64,000 nt of DNA from an uncultured Pseudomonadota bacterium (GCA_963837475.1 CAWIND010000003.1:524361-588360); one strand, 5' to 3'. Positions 9,274 through 19,808 are shown, counted from the stretch's first letter. A program made the numbers and translations. The notes: generated by a model not told the origin, from the sequence alone.

Positions 9274-10180
9274 ACGCGCCGCTCAAAGGCGCCGTTCGGC
9301 GCTTGAGCGCGCCTTGGGTGCGCCAATCGCAGGCGCGCTTGCGGCATCCGATGTCGTCGAGGTTCTGGTCAACGCCGACGGCAAAGTGTGGCTTGATCGC
9401 GTGGGGCAAGGCCTCTGCGAGACCGCTTACCAGCTGTCAATCTCCGATCGCGAAGCCGCGATCAGGTTGCTTGCCCATGAGGCCGGCCAAGTTGTTTGCG
9501 CGAGCCAGCCATCGCTTGCGACTATTCTTCCTCAGTCAGGTGCGCGCATTCAGGCGCTTTTGCCGCCCTTGGTCGATGCGCCGATCGTGTCGATCCGTAA
9601 GCGGCCAATGCGGATTTACACACTCGATGATTATGTCGAGGCAGGCATAGCGAGCGAAACCCAGGCCCAAAAACTGCGTCACGCTGTGCGCGAGAGATGG
9701 AATATCGTTGTCGCCGGCGGCGCGGGCTCGGGCAAGACCACGCTCCTCAATGCGCTGTTGGCTGAAGACGCCTTCAAACAATCGCGCGTCGTCATCTTGG
9801 AAGACACCGCTGAGCTCCAGTGCGCCAGTCCTAACAGCGTCCAGCTCCTGACCAAACGCACCGCTCCGCCCGTCACCATGCGCGATCTGGTGCAGATGAC
9901 GTTGCGCCTCAGACCCGATCGCATCGTCGTTGGCGAAGTGCGCGACGGGGCAGCGCTTGAAGTGCTGAAAGCCTGGAATACAGGTCATCCCGGAGGCTTA
10001 CTTACGCTGCACGCCAATTCTGCAAGCGACTCATTGGCTCGGCTTGAGGATCTGGCGTCGGAAGCGGCGGCCTCGGTCCCGCGACGTTTAATCGAAGCAA
10101 CTGTCGATCTGATCGTGTTCATTGCGCGAACCGACCGGGGTCGCCAAATCTCGGAGATCGAAGCGGCTCGTGATCGATAG
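9260..10180 (+). CDS. trbB: P-type conjugative transfer ATPase TrbB/VirB11
   Basis: VVEVLVNADG, Walker A GGAGSGKT, LRLRPDRIVVGEVR, WNTGHPGG, TLHAN. Confidence 0.95.
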   Translation: MSDPERAAQRRRSALERALGAPIAGALAASDVVEVLVNADGKVWLDRVGQGLCETAYQLSISDREAAIRLLAHEAGQVVCASQPSLATILPQSGARIQALLPPLVDAPIVSIRKRPMRIYTLDDYVEAGIASETQAQKLRHAVRERWNIVVAGGAGSGKTTLLNALLAEDAFKQSRVVILEDTAELQCASPNSVQLLTKRTAPPVTMRDLVQMTLRLRPDRIVVGEVRDGAALEVLKAWNTGHPGGLLTLHANSASDSLARLEDLASEAAASVPRRLIEATVDLIVFIARTDRGRQISEIEAARDR

Positions 10181-10187
10181 CCTCAAA

Positions 10188-10544
10188 TCACGCCGGCTGA
10201 AGCGCCTTGCGCACTCCATCGGGATCCCGCGCAATGACTTTGAGATAGGCGCGCGTGGGCATATCGGGTTCGGCTCGCCCTTGCTCCCAATCACGCAGCG
10301 TCCCAAGCGGTATCTGAAAGCGGACTGAGAACTCTTCTTGGGTGAGCCCAAGCGCACGGCGCAGCACCTTCACCTGAGGCACGCGCTTCATCGAGCTCAT
10401 TTGCTTCTTGGTGAGCGGCCGAGCATCACGATCTGCCTTTGCTGCAGCACGCACGGCGTCGGCGTCCATCGTCCGGCCCCGAGGGACCCTCACCGGATCG
10501 CGCCCGCGACCCTTGGTGAGGCGGCCGGCCTTATCCATTCTCAT
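10188..10544 (-). CDS. XRE/Cro-C1 HTH protein, putative antitoxin
   Basis: LRRALGLTQEEFSVRFQIPLGTLRDWEQGRAEPD; start overlaps the toxin stop. Confidence 0.85.
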   Translation of the reverse strand: MRMDKAGRLTKGRGRDPVRVPRGRTMDADAVRAAAKADRDARPLTKKQMSSMKRVPQVKVLRRALGLTQEEFSVRFQIPLGTLRDWEQGRAEPDMPTRAYLKVIARDPDGVRKALQPA

Positions 10545-10824
10545 GATAATAGTAGTCTTCTTCATCACGGTTTGCTCGTCGGGCTGAAATCAATCGAATA
10601 CGAGGCGTGTCCGGGTCAGGGCTCCGGTCCGTATGCACTACGAAAAGCAATCCATTTGGGGCCATACCCAGCAGGATTGAACGCTCCTCGCCGTAATCCT
10701 CCCGGTCGTCGAGCCATTCGACGCCAAGCGGATCGCGGAACGCTTGCGTCGCCTGTTCAAAGCTGACGCCGTGTTCGCGAAGGTTCTTCGCGGCCTTGTC
10801 TTCGTCCCACTCGAACGCGATCAT
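10531..10824 (-). CDS. brnT: BrnT-family (DUF497) ribonuclease toxin
   Basis: FEWDEDKAAKNLREHGVSFE, DYGEER, RIRLISARRA. Confidence 0.92.
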   Translation of the reverse strand: MIAFEWDEDKAAKNLREHGVSFEQATQAFRDPLGVEWLDDREDYGEERSILLGMAPNGLLFVVHTDRSPDPDTPRIRLISARRANRDEEDYYYHENG

Positions 10825-10850
10825 GCGACTAGGTCAAAACTGTCAATTCC

Positions 10851-10879
10851 ATACTACGGGAAACCCGTAGTAGTGTCAA
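10851..10879 (-). promoter_or_regulatory. Sigma70 promoter of the TA operon with a perfect palindromic operator
   Basis: Minus strand TTGACA-N17-TAGTAT; TACTACGGG-AAA-CCCGTAGTA at 10852-10872. Confidence 0.8.
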
Positions 10880-11089
10880 TACCGACGCCAAGAGGGAAGT
10901 GAAGACGGTGGGGGACCTATCCTCAAGCACAGCCCATGACTCTGTTTTGATTGTCGCAAGGTGCGGCGAGGTGTTTGCGCGCGCGATGGGAATGCGATCA
11001 CACACAGGCGTTTCCGCAATTGAATGCAATTGGGGCGTGCAACGATTTGTGAGAGCAATCACGCAACGAAGCGAGCAGGGAGTGCTTAC

Positions 11090-11407
11090 GTGTTGGTGCA
11101 AAACAAGCTCAAACGAACGATCGCGCTCGCGATCCTGTTGTTCGGAATAGCAGTACCTGCCTATGCCGCGGGCACCGGCATGCCTTGGGAACAACCACTC
11201 CAGCAGGTGCTCGATAGCATCACCGGTCCAGTCGCCCGCGCCGCCGCGGTCATCGCCATCGTCATCTCCGGCTGTGGGATCATGTTTTCAGAAGGCGGCG
11301 GCGGTGTGCGCAAGCTCGCCTTCGTCGGCCTGGGCATCGCCATCATTTTCGCCGCCGCTTCCTTCTTCCTGCAGTTTTTCGGGTTTGCTGGCGGAGCCCA
11401 GATTTGA
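11090..11407 (+). CDS. trbC: Pilin TrbC/VirB2
   Basis: Signal peptide, AYAAGTGMPWEQPLQQVLDSITGPVA, two TM helices, FFGFAGGAQI tail. Confidence 0.92.
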   Translation: MLVQNKLKRTIALAILLFGIAVPAYAAGTGMPWEQPLQQVLDSITGPVARAAAVIAIVISGCGIMFSEGGGGVRKLAFVGLGIAIIFAAASFFLQFFGFAGGAQI

Positions 11408-11477
11408 CCGCGAACTGAACGCGGGCGTGTCGCTCGCTACGACTGACATTGGAAACTAAACCAAAGGGGACTTCGAC

Positions 11478-11741
11478 ATGCTCGAAGAGCCAGAGGCATA
11501 TCGCGCGCCTTTGCGCACCAGTCTGACGAGACCCATTCTCATGGGCGGCGTACCCAGAGGCTTTGCTATCGCCAACGCCACCATCGGCGCTGCCATTGGC
11601 CTTGGCCTGCAACAGCCGCTCATCGGCTTTCCGCTCTGGCTGGTTTTGCAGGCCGCAGCGGCGTGGGCCGCCGCCCACGATCCCTGGTTTCTCGAAACCT
11701 GGCCGCGGCATCTCTCCAAGCCTGTCTACTTCTCGGCGTGA
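11478..11741 (+). CDS. trbD: TrbD/VirB3
   Basis: LRTSLTRPILMGGVPR, DPWFLE; position. Confidence 0.92.
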   Translation: MLEEPEAYRAPLRTSLTRPILMGGVPRGFAIANATIGAAIGLGLQQPLIGFPLWLVLQAAAAWAAAHDPWFLETWPRHLSKPVYFSA

Positions 11742-11751
11742 GGCAGGCGCG

Positions 11752-14215
11752 ATGATCGATCTGCGTCCCTACAAACAACGCGGCGCCAAACTCTCGGACT
11801 ATCTCCTGTGGGCCGCACTCATCGCCCCCGGCCTTGTCTTGAACAAGGACGGCGCGTTCCAGCGCACGCTCGCTTTCCGTGGCCCTGATCTCGACTCTTC
11901 CACACCATCCGAATTGATGGGGGCCGCGGCCCGGCTCAATAATGCGCTCCGCCGCTTCGGCTCCGGCTGGTGCATTCACGTTGAAGCCCGCCGTGCGCCA
12001 GCGCTGGGATATCCGGACGCTCAATGGCCCGATGCGCTCTCCTGGCTCATCGACGAAGAACGCCGCGCCGTTTTTGAGACCGCGGGCGCTCGTTTCGAGA
12101 GCCAATATTTCCTGACGTTGACCTGGCTTCCGCCGGCCGAACGGCAAGGCAAGCTCGAAAGCGTCTTGTTCGAAGGCGGCGAGAGCCAAGCCAAAACCAC
12201 AGTCGATTATCGCGCTCACCTTGAACGCTTCACCCACGAGAGCGATCAGTTCATGGCGCTGATCGAGACCTTGATGCCGTGCGCGCAATGGCTCGATGAC
12301 GAGGAGACGCTCTCTTTTCTGCACGATTGCATTTCCGATCGTGCACATCGCGTCGCTGTCCCGCACGCGGCGTTCCATCTCGACACGCTTTTGACCGACG
12401 CGCCCTTGCTCGGCGGGCTCGCGCCCAAGCTCGGCGCCAAGCATCTCAAGATCATCTCGATCCGCAGCTTCGTCGCCGAAACCGAACCGGGGCTCTTGGA
12501 TCAGCTCAATCGGCTGCCAATCTCCTATCGCTGGGTGACGCGCTTCATGCCGCTGGATCGCGAAGAAGCGCGCACGCAACTCGAAATCATCCGCAAGCGC
12601 TGGTTCTCGAAGCGCAAAGGCTTGCTGACGCTGCTCCGCGAAGCGCTCTTCCGCGAAGAAGCGGCGCTTCAGGACAATGACGCCAACAACCAAACGCTAG
12701 ACGCCGATGCGGCGCTGCAGGAACTGGGCGCCGATGCGGTCAACGCCGGCTACGCGACGCTTACCATCACGATCGCGGAGGACGCCGAGGACGCCGCCAA
12801 CGACGCGGTCCGGCAAATTCAGCAGATTGCGGATGGCCTCGGCTTCATCACCCAAGTCGAAAGCGTCAATGCGGTCGAGGCGTGGCTCGGCTCGTTGCCC
12901 GGTCACGCCTATGCCGATGTGCGCCGGCCGATTCTCCTCTCGCCATCACTCGCGCATCTGCTGCCCACGAGCGCGGTGTGGGCCGGCCCCAGCCGCAATG
13001 CATCATCTGGATGCAGCGCCGCTCATGCTGACCGCCACCGATGGCGCAACGCCATTCCGGCTCGACCTCCATGTCGGCGATGTCGGCCACACCATGATTG
13101 TGGGCCCCACCGGCGCCGGCAAATCCGTGCTGCTGGCGACTCTGGCCGCGCAATGGCTGCGCTACGAGCAAGCCCAAGTCTACATGTTCGACAAAGGCCG
13201 CTCGTGCCGCGCCACGATTTTGGGTCTCGGCGGCGATTTCTTCGATCTCGGCGAAGAGGGCGCGCTCGGCTTGCAACCATTGGAGCGCGTTGACGAAGCC
13301 GATGAACGCACCTGGGCGCTCGATTGGCTCGCCGGCCTCATCGCCAGCGCCAACGTCATCGTCCCGCCAGAACTCCGCGCCGAACTTTGGCGCACGCTTG
13401 AGATCCTGAGTGAGCGGCCAAAAGAGGATCGCACACTCACGTTGGTTTCGGCCCTGGTCCAAGATGCCTCCGTGCGCGCCGCGCTCGAACCGTTCACGCA
13501 TGCGGGACCTTATGGCCGTCTGCTCGATCATGACCATTCGTCTCTAGGCTATGGGCGCGTGCAAGCCTTCGAAATGGACGATCTCATGCGCCGCCCGCAT
13601 GCCGTTGGCGCGGTCTTGGGCGTTCTCTTCCATGTGCTGGAGCGCCGCTTCGATGGCAGACCCACTCTGCTCGTCCTCGACGAAGCCTGGCTCTTCTTGA
13701 AAGACGCCGCCTTCGCCAACCAAATTCAGGATTGGCTGAAGACGCTCCGAAAGAGGAACGTCGCTGTCATCTTCGCATCCCAAGAACTCGCCGACGTTGA
13801 AGCCAGCGCAATCGCCTCCACCATCATCGAAGCATGCTTGACGCGCATCTTCCTGCCTAACGATCGCGCCCGCGAACCGAGATCACGTGCCTTCTATGAG
13901 GCGCTTGGTCTCAACGCCCGTCAGATCGAGCTCATCGCCAACGCGACGGCGAAGCGCGATTACTATCTCACCTCCCGCAATGGCGCGCGTCTGTTTGAAT
14001 TGGGCCTTGGACCCGCCGCGCTCGCCTTCGTCGCCGCCTCGCGTCCCGAAGATCACGCGCTGATCGACCACGTCCTTGAGCAGAACGGGCCAGATGCGTT
14101 CGCGAGCGCCTGGCTCGAAGCCCGCGGCTTGCGCGACGCCGCCGATGCGGTGTGCCGCTTCAACGCAACCCGACCCGCAGCTGAGCCCGCGCCCAACTCT
14201 ATCGCAGCTGAATAG
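11752..14215 (+). CDS. trbE: Conjugal transfer ATPase TrbE/VirB4, frameshifted near 13000
   Basis: LSDYLLWAAL, NKDGAFQRT, Walker A GPTGAGKS, LLVLDEAW, KTLRKRN; ORFs 11563..13293 and 12707..14215 join at RNA-HLDAAP. Confidence 0.93.
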
Positions 14216-14226
14216 GAGAGACCGTC

Positions 14227-14949
14227 ATGCAGAAGGCATGGATGAAACGACTTGCGGCAACGGCGCTGGTCCTGGCCTTCGCGTTGACGCCGGCCCAGCC
14301 GGGGCGCGCCATCACCGTGTTCGATCCGACCAATTACGCCCAGAACATCCTGCAAGCCACCCGCGCGCTCGAACAGATCAACAATCAGATCCGCCAAATC
14401 GAGCAACAAGCGCAGATGCTGACCCGCAATCCGCTGCAGCTGTCGCCGGAGTTGCAACAATCGATCAGCGACGCGCGTCAGCTTTTCTCCGCGGCGCAAG
14501 GCCTCACCTTCCAAGTCCAGCAAATGAGCCAGCAATTGCATGAACTCTATCCCGACACCTGGGCCAATTTCGATCTCGGTCAAATCGGCGACCGCACGCA
14601 GCAATGGCTCCAACAGGATCGCGCCGGAATCGAAGACGCGATGCAGGCCGAAGCGCGCGCCGCCCAATCGATGCAGGCCATGCAGGGGCAGATTGATCGG
14701 GCGCTGCAATCCTCCGCCAACGCAGAGGGCCAGACCGGCGTCGGCCAGGCTACCAATCAACTCCTGGGCATCAACGCGGCCCAGCTCGCCGAAATCCACG
14801 CACTGTTGATCGCCCAAGGCAGAGCGCTCGAAACCGAGCGACTTGAACGTGTCGCCCGCGAACAGCGCGCCGCGGAGATCCAGCGCCGCGCCTTCCCAAT
14901 CCAATCCAACGCCTCGCTCGATCCGGCGCGCTCAGCCTTCAATCACTGA
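14227..14949 (+). CDS. trbJ: TrbJ/VirB5
   Basis: Signal peptide, TVFDPTNYAQNILQATRALEQINNQI. Confidence 0.93.
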   Translation: MQKAWMKRLAATALVLAFALTPAQPGRAITVFDPTNYAQNILQATRALEQINNQIRQIEQQAQMLTRNPLQLSPELQQSISDARQLFSAAQGLTFQVQQMSQQLHELYPDTWANFDLGQIGDRTQQWLQQDRAGIEDAMQAEARAAQSMQAMQGQIDRALQSSANAEGQTGVGQATNQLLGINAAQLAEIHALLIAQGRALETERLERVAREQRAAEIQRRAFPIQSNASLDPARSAFNH

Positions 14950-14960
14950 GACAAGCGCGG

Positions 14961-16010
14961 ATGAACCCGACCACCACCAATTCCTTCCTTGACCGCTTCT
15001 TGAGCGTCGCGGATTCAGGCTTTGGCCTCATCCAAGGCGATGTCAGCGCCGTGTTGAACGCGCTCATAGTCTTGTCCGTGGTGCTCGCCGGCATTCAATG
15101 GATCTTGGCCAATGAGGCGCCGCTCGCGCCCTTCTTCCGCAAAGTGCTGTTCGTCGGGCTCTTTGCGTTCCTCGTAAACAATTGGGATCACCTCACCACG
15201 GTGATCGCTCAATCGGGCGTCATGCTGGGCCTCAAAGCCGGCGGCGGCGCAATGAGCATGGCCGACCTCCACAATCCCGGCCGCATCGCCCAAACCGGCG
15301 TCGACATGTTTGGGCGCACCTCCGCGCTTGGCGCCGGCATGAACATCATAACCGATTTCATGCCGCTCATCACCATCTACATCGCGGCCTTCTTCGTGAT
15401 GCTGGGCTTCTTCGTGCTTGCGCTGCAGCTCTTCGTCTCGCTGATCGCCTTTAAGCTGGGCGCGCTCGCAGCCTTCGTCGCGCTCCCCTGGGGCGTGTTC
15501 AACGGCACGTCATGGGTGGCAGAGCGCCCGCTCGGCTGGGTTGCGGGCTGCGCGATCCGGCTCTTTGTCCTGGCGCTCATCGCCTCGGTCTCGATCACCT
15601 TCGTCAATTCATTGCCTGGTGCGTTCACGCTCGACGCAGGGGGCGCTCTGCAAGTGCTCTTCTTTGGCCTCACCATGATCGCGCTTGCTTGGTTCGCGCC
15701 CGTGCTCGCAAGCGAAGTGGTGCAGGGTCAACCACATCTTTCCGGCTCGGACGCGATCCGCACCGGCGTCGGCGCCACTTTCGCCACCGCGGGCGGCGTC
15801 CTCCTCGGCGCCACCGCGTTCAAATCCATCACCCGCACCGGCGGCGCGCTCATGGAAATGGCTGGCGCCAGCCGTCCGCGCAGCGCCGGAAGAGGCGGTA
15901 GGTATCGCGGTGGCGGCTCTTCACGTCCGCAGATCAATTACGCACGCATGCAGCCGCGTCCGTCTTCGCCGCCGCCTCCACCGCCCTCCGGTTCAGGAAG
16001 CAACCCATGA
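14961..16010 (+). CDS. trbL: TrbL/VirB6
   Basis: DSGFGLIQGDV, multi-TM, PWGVFNGTSWVAERPLG, low-complexity tail. Confidence 0.92.
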   Translation: MNPTTTNSFLDRFLSVADSGFGLIQGDVSAVLNALIVLSVVLAGIQWILANEAPLAPFFRKVLFVGLFAFLVNNWDHLTTVIAQSGVMLGLKAGGGAMSMADLHNPGRIAQTGVDMFGRTSALGAGMNIITDFMPLITIYIAAFFVMLGFFVLALQLFVSLIAFKLGALAAFVALPWGVFNGTSWVAERPLGWVAGCAIRLFVLALIASVSITFVNSLPGAFTLDAGGALQVLFFGLTMIALAWFAPVLASEVVQGQPHLSGSDAIRTGVGATFATAGGVLLGATAFKSITRTGGALMEMAGASRPRSAGRGGRYRGGGSSRPQINYARMQPRPSSPPPPPPSGSGSNP

Positions 16011-16690
16011 ATTTCCCATTCCGATCGCCGGCGAAATCATTCGCGCCACCTCAAGCTGACACGCCATACGCACGCGCCCGGCAAGAATGGGATGCACGCA
16101 TGGGCTCTGCCGTGCTCTCCGCGCGCGCCTGGCGCGCCATCGCTTATGGGTCGCTGGCGCTTGCCGCCATCATGGGCGTCTCTCTCACCGCCGTCGCGAT
16201 GCAGAAGCGCACGTTCGTGCATGTCGTCGAAGTCGATCCGCAAGGCCAGGTCATGAGCGTGCGCGCCGCCGACGGACGCTGGACGCCAACCCAAGCGCAA
16301 ATCGCCGCGGAACTCGGGCGCTTCATCCGCCGCGTACGCTCATTGCCCACGGACGGCGTCGTGCTCCGAGAAAACTGGATGGAAGCCTATCGCTTCCTGA
16401 CCCCGCAAGCAGCGACACATCTGACGCAAATTGCCCGCGACGATGATCCGTTCCTCTTGCTCGGTCGCGTCGGCCGCACCGTGCAAGTGCGCTCCATTCT
16501 CGCCCGTTCCGATCACAGCTGGGAAGTGAGCTGGACTGAACGCAACACCAACGAAATGGGATCACCCGATCCAGAGACTTACACCGGCGTCTTCACAATC
16601 ACCACGCGTGCGCCCACCAACGCCGATGAGATCGCCGTTAACCCGCTCGGCATTTTGATCTCTGACTTCTCCTGGAGCCGCGAACGATGA
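16007..16690 (+). CDS. trbF: TrbF/VirB8
   Basis: TPYARARQEWDARMGS, NPLGILISDFSWSRE. Confidence 0.95.
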   Translation: MNFPFRSPAKSFAPPQADTPYARARQEWDARMGSAVLSARAWRAIAYGSLALAAIMGVSLTAVAMQKRTFVHVVEVDPQGQVMSVRAADGRWTPTQAQIAAELGRFIRRVRSLPTDGVVLRENWMEAYRFLTPQAATHLTQIARDDDPFLLLGRVGRTVQVRSILARSDHSWEVSWTERNTNEMGSPDPETYTGVFTITTRAPTNADEIAVNPLGILISDFSWSRER

Positions 16691-17544
16691 AACCGGTCCG
16701 CCTTCTGTTCATCGCAACAGCGATCGTCGCTGTGAGCATGCCTGCCTTCGCGGAAAGACGCCGCGCCAATGCGGCGAATGCCCAAACGCCGCTCGAAGCA
16801 TTGGCGGCCGCCAACGCCGCCTCACGTCAGCATCCCACGCACGCGGGTTTCGACGACGCGCGCCAAGTCTATGGCTACGAACCGGGAAAGATCTACGAGC
16901 TCTACACCAACCCGTCCTACATCTCGACCATCCTGCTCGAACCGGGCGAAACCGTCTCCAATATCGCCGCCGGTGACACCTCGCGCTGGATGGTGACCGA
17001 AGCCGACGGCGAAAGCGAAGGCGATGCGCGCACCATCGTCTTGGTCAAACCGCGGGCCGCCAATCTCCGTACCAATATTGTCATCATCACCGACCGGCGC
17101 ACCTATTTGGTTGAAGCGGTGTCGCAAGCGGGCAGCGCCTATTCCGCGCAGGTGGCCTGGTCGTATCCAGAGACGCTAGGAGGGAGCGCAAATAGATCGC
17201 CGATCGCCAACATCAATTTCAATTACCGTGTGCGCACAACCCGCGGGCGGACACCGATCTGGTCGCCGGTGCGCGTCTTCGATGATGGCCGCCGCACTTG
17301 GGTGGAATTTTCCCCCGACGTTGCCGCATCCGACATGCCGCCGCTCTTCGTCGTCACAGCTGACGGCGCCGAACTCGTCAACTACCGCATCCAAGATGGG
17401 CCGTCAGGTCAGCGCTACATGATCGACCGGATTTTCGATTGCGCCGAACTCCGTCTCGGCACGCGCGCGCAAACGATCGTCCGCATTGAACGCAATCCGA
17501 CGCCATCGCGCGCACTGACGATCCGCCATGGATCACATCCATGA
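16687..17544 (+). CDS. trbG: TrbG/VirB9
   Basis: GDTSRW, TNIVIITDRRTY, VFDDGRRT, LVNYRI. Confidence 0.95.
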   Translation: MKPVRLLFIATAIVAVSMPAFAERRRANAANAQTPLEALAAANAASRQHPTHAGFDDARQVYGYEPGKIYELYTNPSYISTILLEPGETVSNIAAGDTSRWMVTEADGESEGDARTIVLVKPRAANLRTNIVIITDRRTYLVEAVSQAGSAYSAQVAWSYPETLGGSANRSPIANINFNYRVRTTRGRTPIWSPVRVFDDGRRTWVEFSPDVAASDMPPLFVVTADGAELVNYRIQDGPSGQRYMIDRIFDCAELRLGTRAQTIVRIERNPTPSRALTIRHGSHP

Positions 17545-18650
17545 GCACGACCACCTCCGCGCCGCCGCAAGCGCCGCCCAACGTCGCTATTCGCGCCACG
17601 CTGCCGTCGCCACGACGCCTATCGCGCAAAGTGTTGCTCGCCGGCGTCGCCCTTGCGGGAACCATCATAGCCGCGGCGCTCATGCTTGGCCTTTCCCCGC
17701 AAGCGCACCGCGGGGCGGCACAGCAAGACCAAACGGCTGCCGCAAGCGGCCCACCCGAAACCATTGCGCAAGCGTCATCGCAATATGATCCCGCCGCGCT
17801 GCCGCGCCACACGTTGCCGACGCCGCCTGCCGATCCTGCGGTGCTCGCCGAGTTGCGAGGACCAACGGATCCGATGTGGGCGAGCAATCCCGCTTCGGCG
17901 GCGCCGAACACGGTGGTGGGTGCAAGCGCGCCGCAATCCGCATCGACGGCGGATCCTCAATCGGTCGCGCGCAGCTCGCCGATCCTGTTTGCGACTTCTG
18001 CCAGCGCGTCACGAACCGCAAACGTTCGCGATACGGGCGAAGCCTATCTCGACGCCTCGCTCATTCCGCCGCGCTCGCGCTTTTCCATTCAAGCCGGCAG
18101 CATCATCCCCGCCGCTCTGGTGAGCGAACTAAACTCGGATCTCGCCGGGCGCGTGATCGCGCAAGTGACAGCGGCGGTCTATGACAGCGTCACGGGCAAT
18201 CATCTGCTCATTCCCCAAGGCGCCCGTTTGATTGGCGCCTACGACAATGGCGTCCGCTACGGTGATCATCGCATTGTGCTCGTGTGGAATAGACTGATCC
18301 TCCCGAATGGCTGGTCGCTCAATCTTGGCCAGATGGCGGCCTCGGATCCAACTGGCGCCGCAGGTCTTTCCGATCGCACCGACAATCATTTAGCGGGTCT
18401 TGCGGGCGCCGTCGGTCTCTCGGCCATCATCTCCGTCATCGCCAATAATTCCGAAGACGACCAACGCACCGATGGATCCTTGGCGCAAGGCGTTGGCGAC
18501 GCCGCCGCGCAACAGGCCGCACAAACGGGTTCGCAGATCGTGCAGCGCGAACTCTCGGTGCACCCGACGCTTCGCGTGCGCCCCGGCGCCAATGTGCGCG
18601 TGCTCGTCACCCGCGACATTGCGCTCCGACCCTACATTTCAATCCATTGA
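17541..18650 (+). CDS. trbI: TrbI/VirB10
   Basis: AGSIIPAALVSELNSDLAG, LLIPQGARLIG, PTLRVRPG. Confidence 0.95.
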   Translation: MSTTTSAPPQAPPNVAIRATLPSPRRLSRKVLLAGVALAGTIIAAALMLGLSPQAHRGAAQQDQTAAASGPPETIAQASSQYDPAALPRHTLPTPPADPAVLAELRGPTDPMWASNPASAAPNTVVGASAPQSASTADPQSVARSSPILFATSASASRTANVRDTGEAYLDASLIPPRSRFSIQAGSIIPAALVSELNSDLAGRVIAQVTAAVYDSVTGNHLLIPQGARLIGAYDNGVRYGDHRIVLVWNRLILPNGWSLNLGQMAASDPTGAAGLSDRTDNHLAGLAGAVGLSAIISVIANNSEDDQRTDGSLAQGVGDAAAQQAAQTGSQIVQRELSVHPTLRVRPGANVRVLVTRDIALRPYISIH

Positions 18651-18727
18651 GACGCCGCGATCTCCTTCCGCAAAAGGCCGTGGCCGAGGCGGATGTCTCT
18701 TGTTGGGATTGTTCTGATCTCTGAGGA

Positions 18728-19705
18728 TCAGTTGGCGAGCGTCGCGCGCAGGCCGTGCCGCTTGCGATAGCGCGCCGGCGGGACGTCGAACTCACGTTTG
18801 AATGCGCGGCTGAAAGACGCTTCGGATTCGTAGCCGACGCCGACGGCGATTTGTTGAATGCTCTTGTGTGTGGTCTCCAGGAGGCGAACCGCGAGTTGCA
18901 GCCGCCACCGCGCCAGATAGGCGAGGGGCGACTTGCCAAGAAATCGTGCAAAGCGCGCTGTCAGCACCGAGCGCGATGTACCCGCTTCTTCCGCCAATCC
19001 ACGCAGTGTCCACGCGTTGAGCGGCTTTCGATGAATGAGAGCCAGTGCGGCGCCTACAATTGGATCACGAGCAGCCGCGAGCCAACCGACGTGTTCGGCC
19101 GGCAGTTGCGTCATGTATTGCCGCAATCCTTCCACGAAGAGCGCCTCCGACGCTTTGGCCAACAACACAGATTGCCCGGGCCGATTGGCGCCGGCGTCGG
19201 CGACGAGATGCCTGATCGAGGTTTCGATCCAGGCGCCGGCGGAGTCTCCGCGGATGTTGATTTTGATCATCGTCGGCAGGCCCGCAAGGAACATACGGTC
19301 GGCGTGACGTTCGCATCCGAAATAGCCGCAGATGAAACGGGTGAGCTCGCCGCCTTCGCCAACCCGCATCGTGGCAAGCGTGCCCGTGAGATAGTCGCGA
19401 AGCGAAGCGCTGCTGTCGATCCAGGCGGGTGGTGAGCCGTTTGACACGGTGTGCGCATCGCCATGCGGGATGATCAGCACTTCGCCCGCCCTCACCTCAA
19501 TTGATGGTTCGTCTGCGAATTGCACGATCGCCTTGCCGTCAGTGACGAGGTGAAAGGTTACAAGTCGCTCGGTTCCCGGAGCGAGCACGTGCGCGACATC
19601 GCCGAGAGGGGGAACAGAAAAGCCCCACGGCGCCGAGCACTCGAGGGAATAGAAAATCGCCCCGGTCATCCGTACGGCGTTCAAGGCTTCGGAGAGGGCG
19701 TCCAT
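18728..19705 (-). CDS. AraC-family transcriptional regulator with cupin N-terminus
   Basis: MDALSEALNAVRMTG; C-terminal VGYESEASFSRAFKREFDVPPARYR. Confidence 0.92.
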   Translation of the reverse strand: MDALSEALNAVRMTGAIFYSLECSAPWGFSVPPLGDVAHVLAPGTERLVTFHLVTDGKAIVQFADEPSIEVRAGEVLIIPHGDAHTVSNGSPPAWIDSSASLRDYLTGTLATMRVGEGGELTRFICGYFGCERHADRMFLAGLPTMIKINIRGDSAGAWIETSIRHLVADAGANRPGQSVLLAKASEALFVEGLRQYMTQLPAEHVGWLAAARDPIVGAALALIHRKPLNAWTLRGLAEEAGTSRSVLTARFARFLGKSPLAYLARWRLQLAVRLLETTHKSIQQIAVGVGYESEASFSRAFKREFDVPPARYRKRHGLRATLAN

Positions 19706-19808
19706 GACTTCTCGCCTCTGCAAAGTAACCCGGCATTGCGGCTAAGGTCAGCGGCGCCGTGCGCGAATAGATTGCCTAGGCGGTTTGGGCTTCTAGAGGA
19801 CGTTACCG

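Noticed and set aside
11620-12693. Long antisense ORFs (also 24787..25941, 39092..40285, 42509..43627, 58680..60047 and similar)
   Set aside because: Shadow frames of well-supported genes in high-GC DNA, with no recognisable motifs
14949-14961. Missing trbK entry-exclusion gene as a novelty
   Set aside because: The gap is only 11 bp, but trbJ-trbL adjacency without a recognised trbK is known in related ICE trb modules
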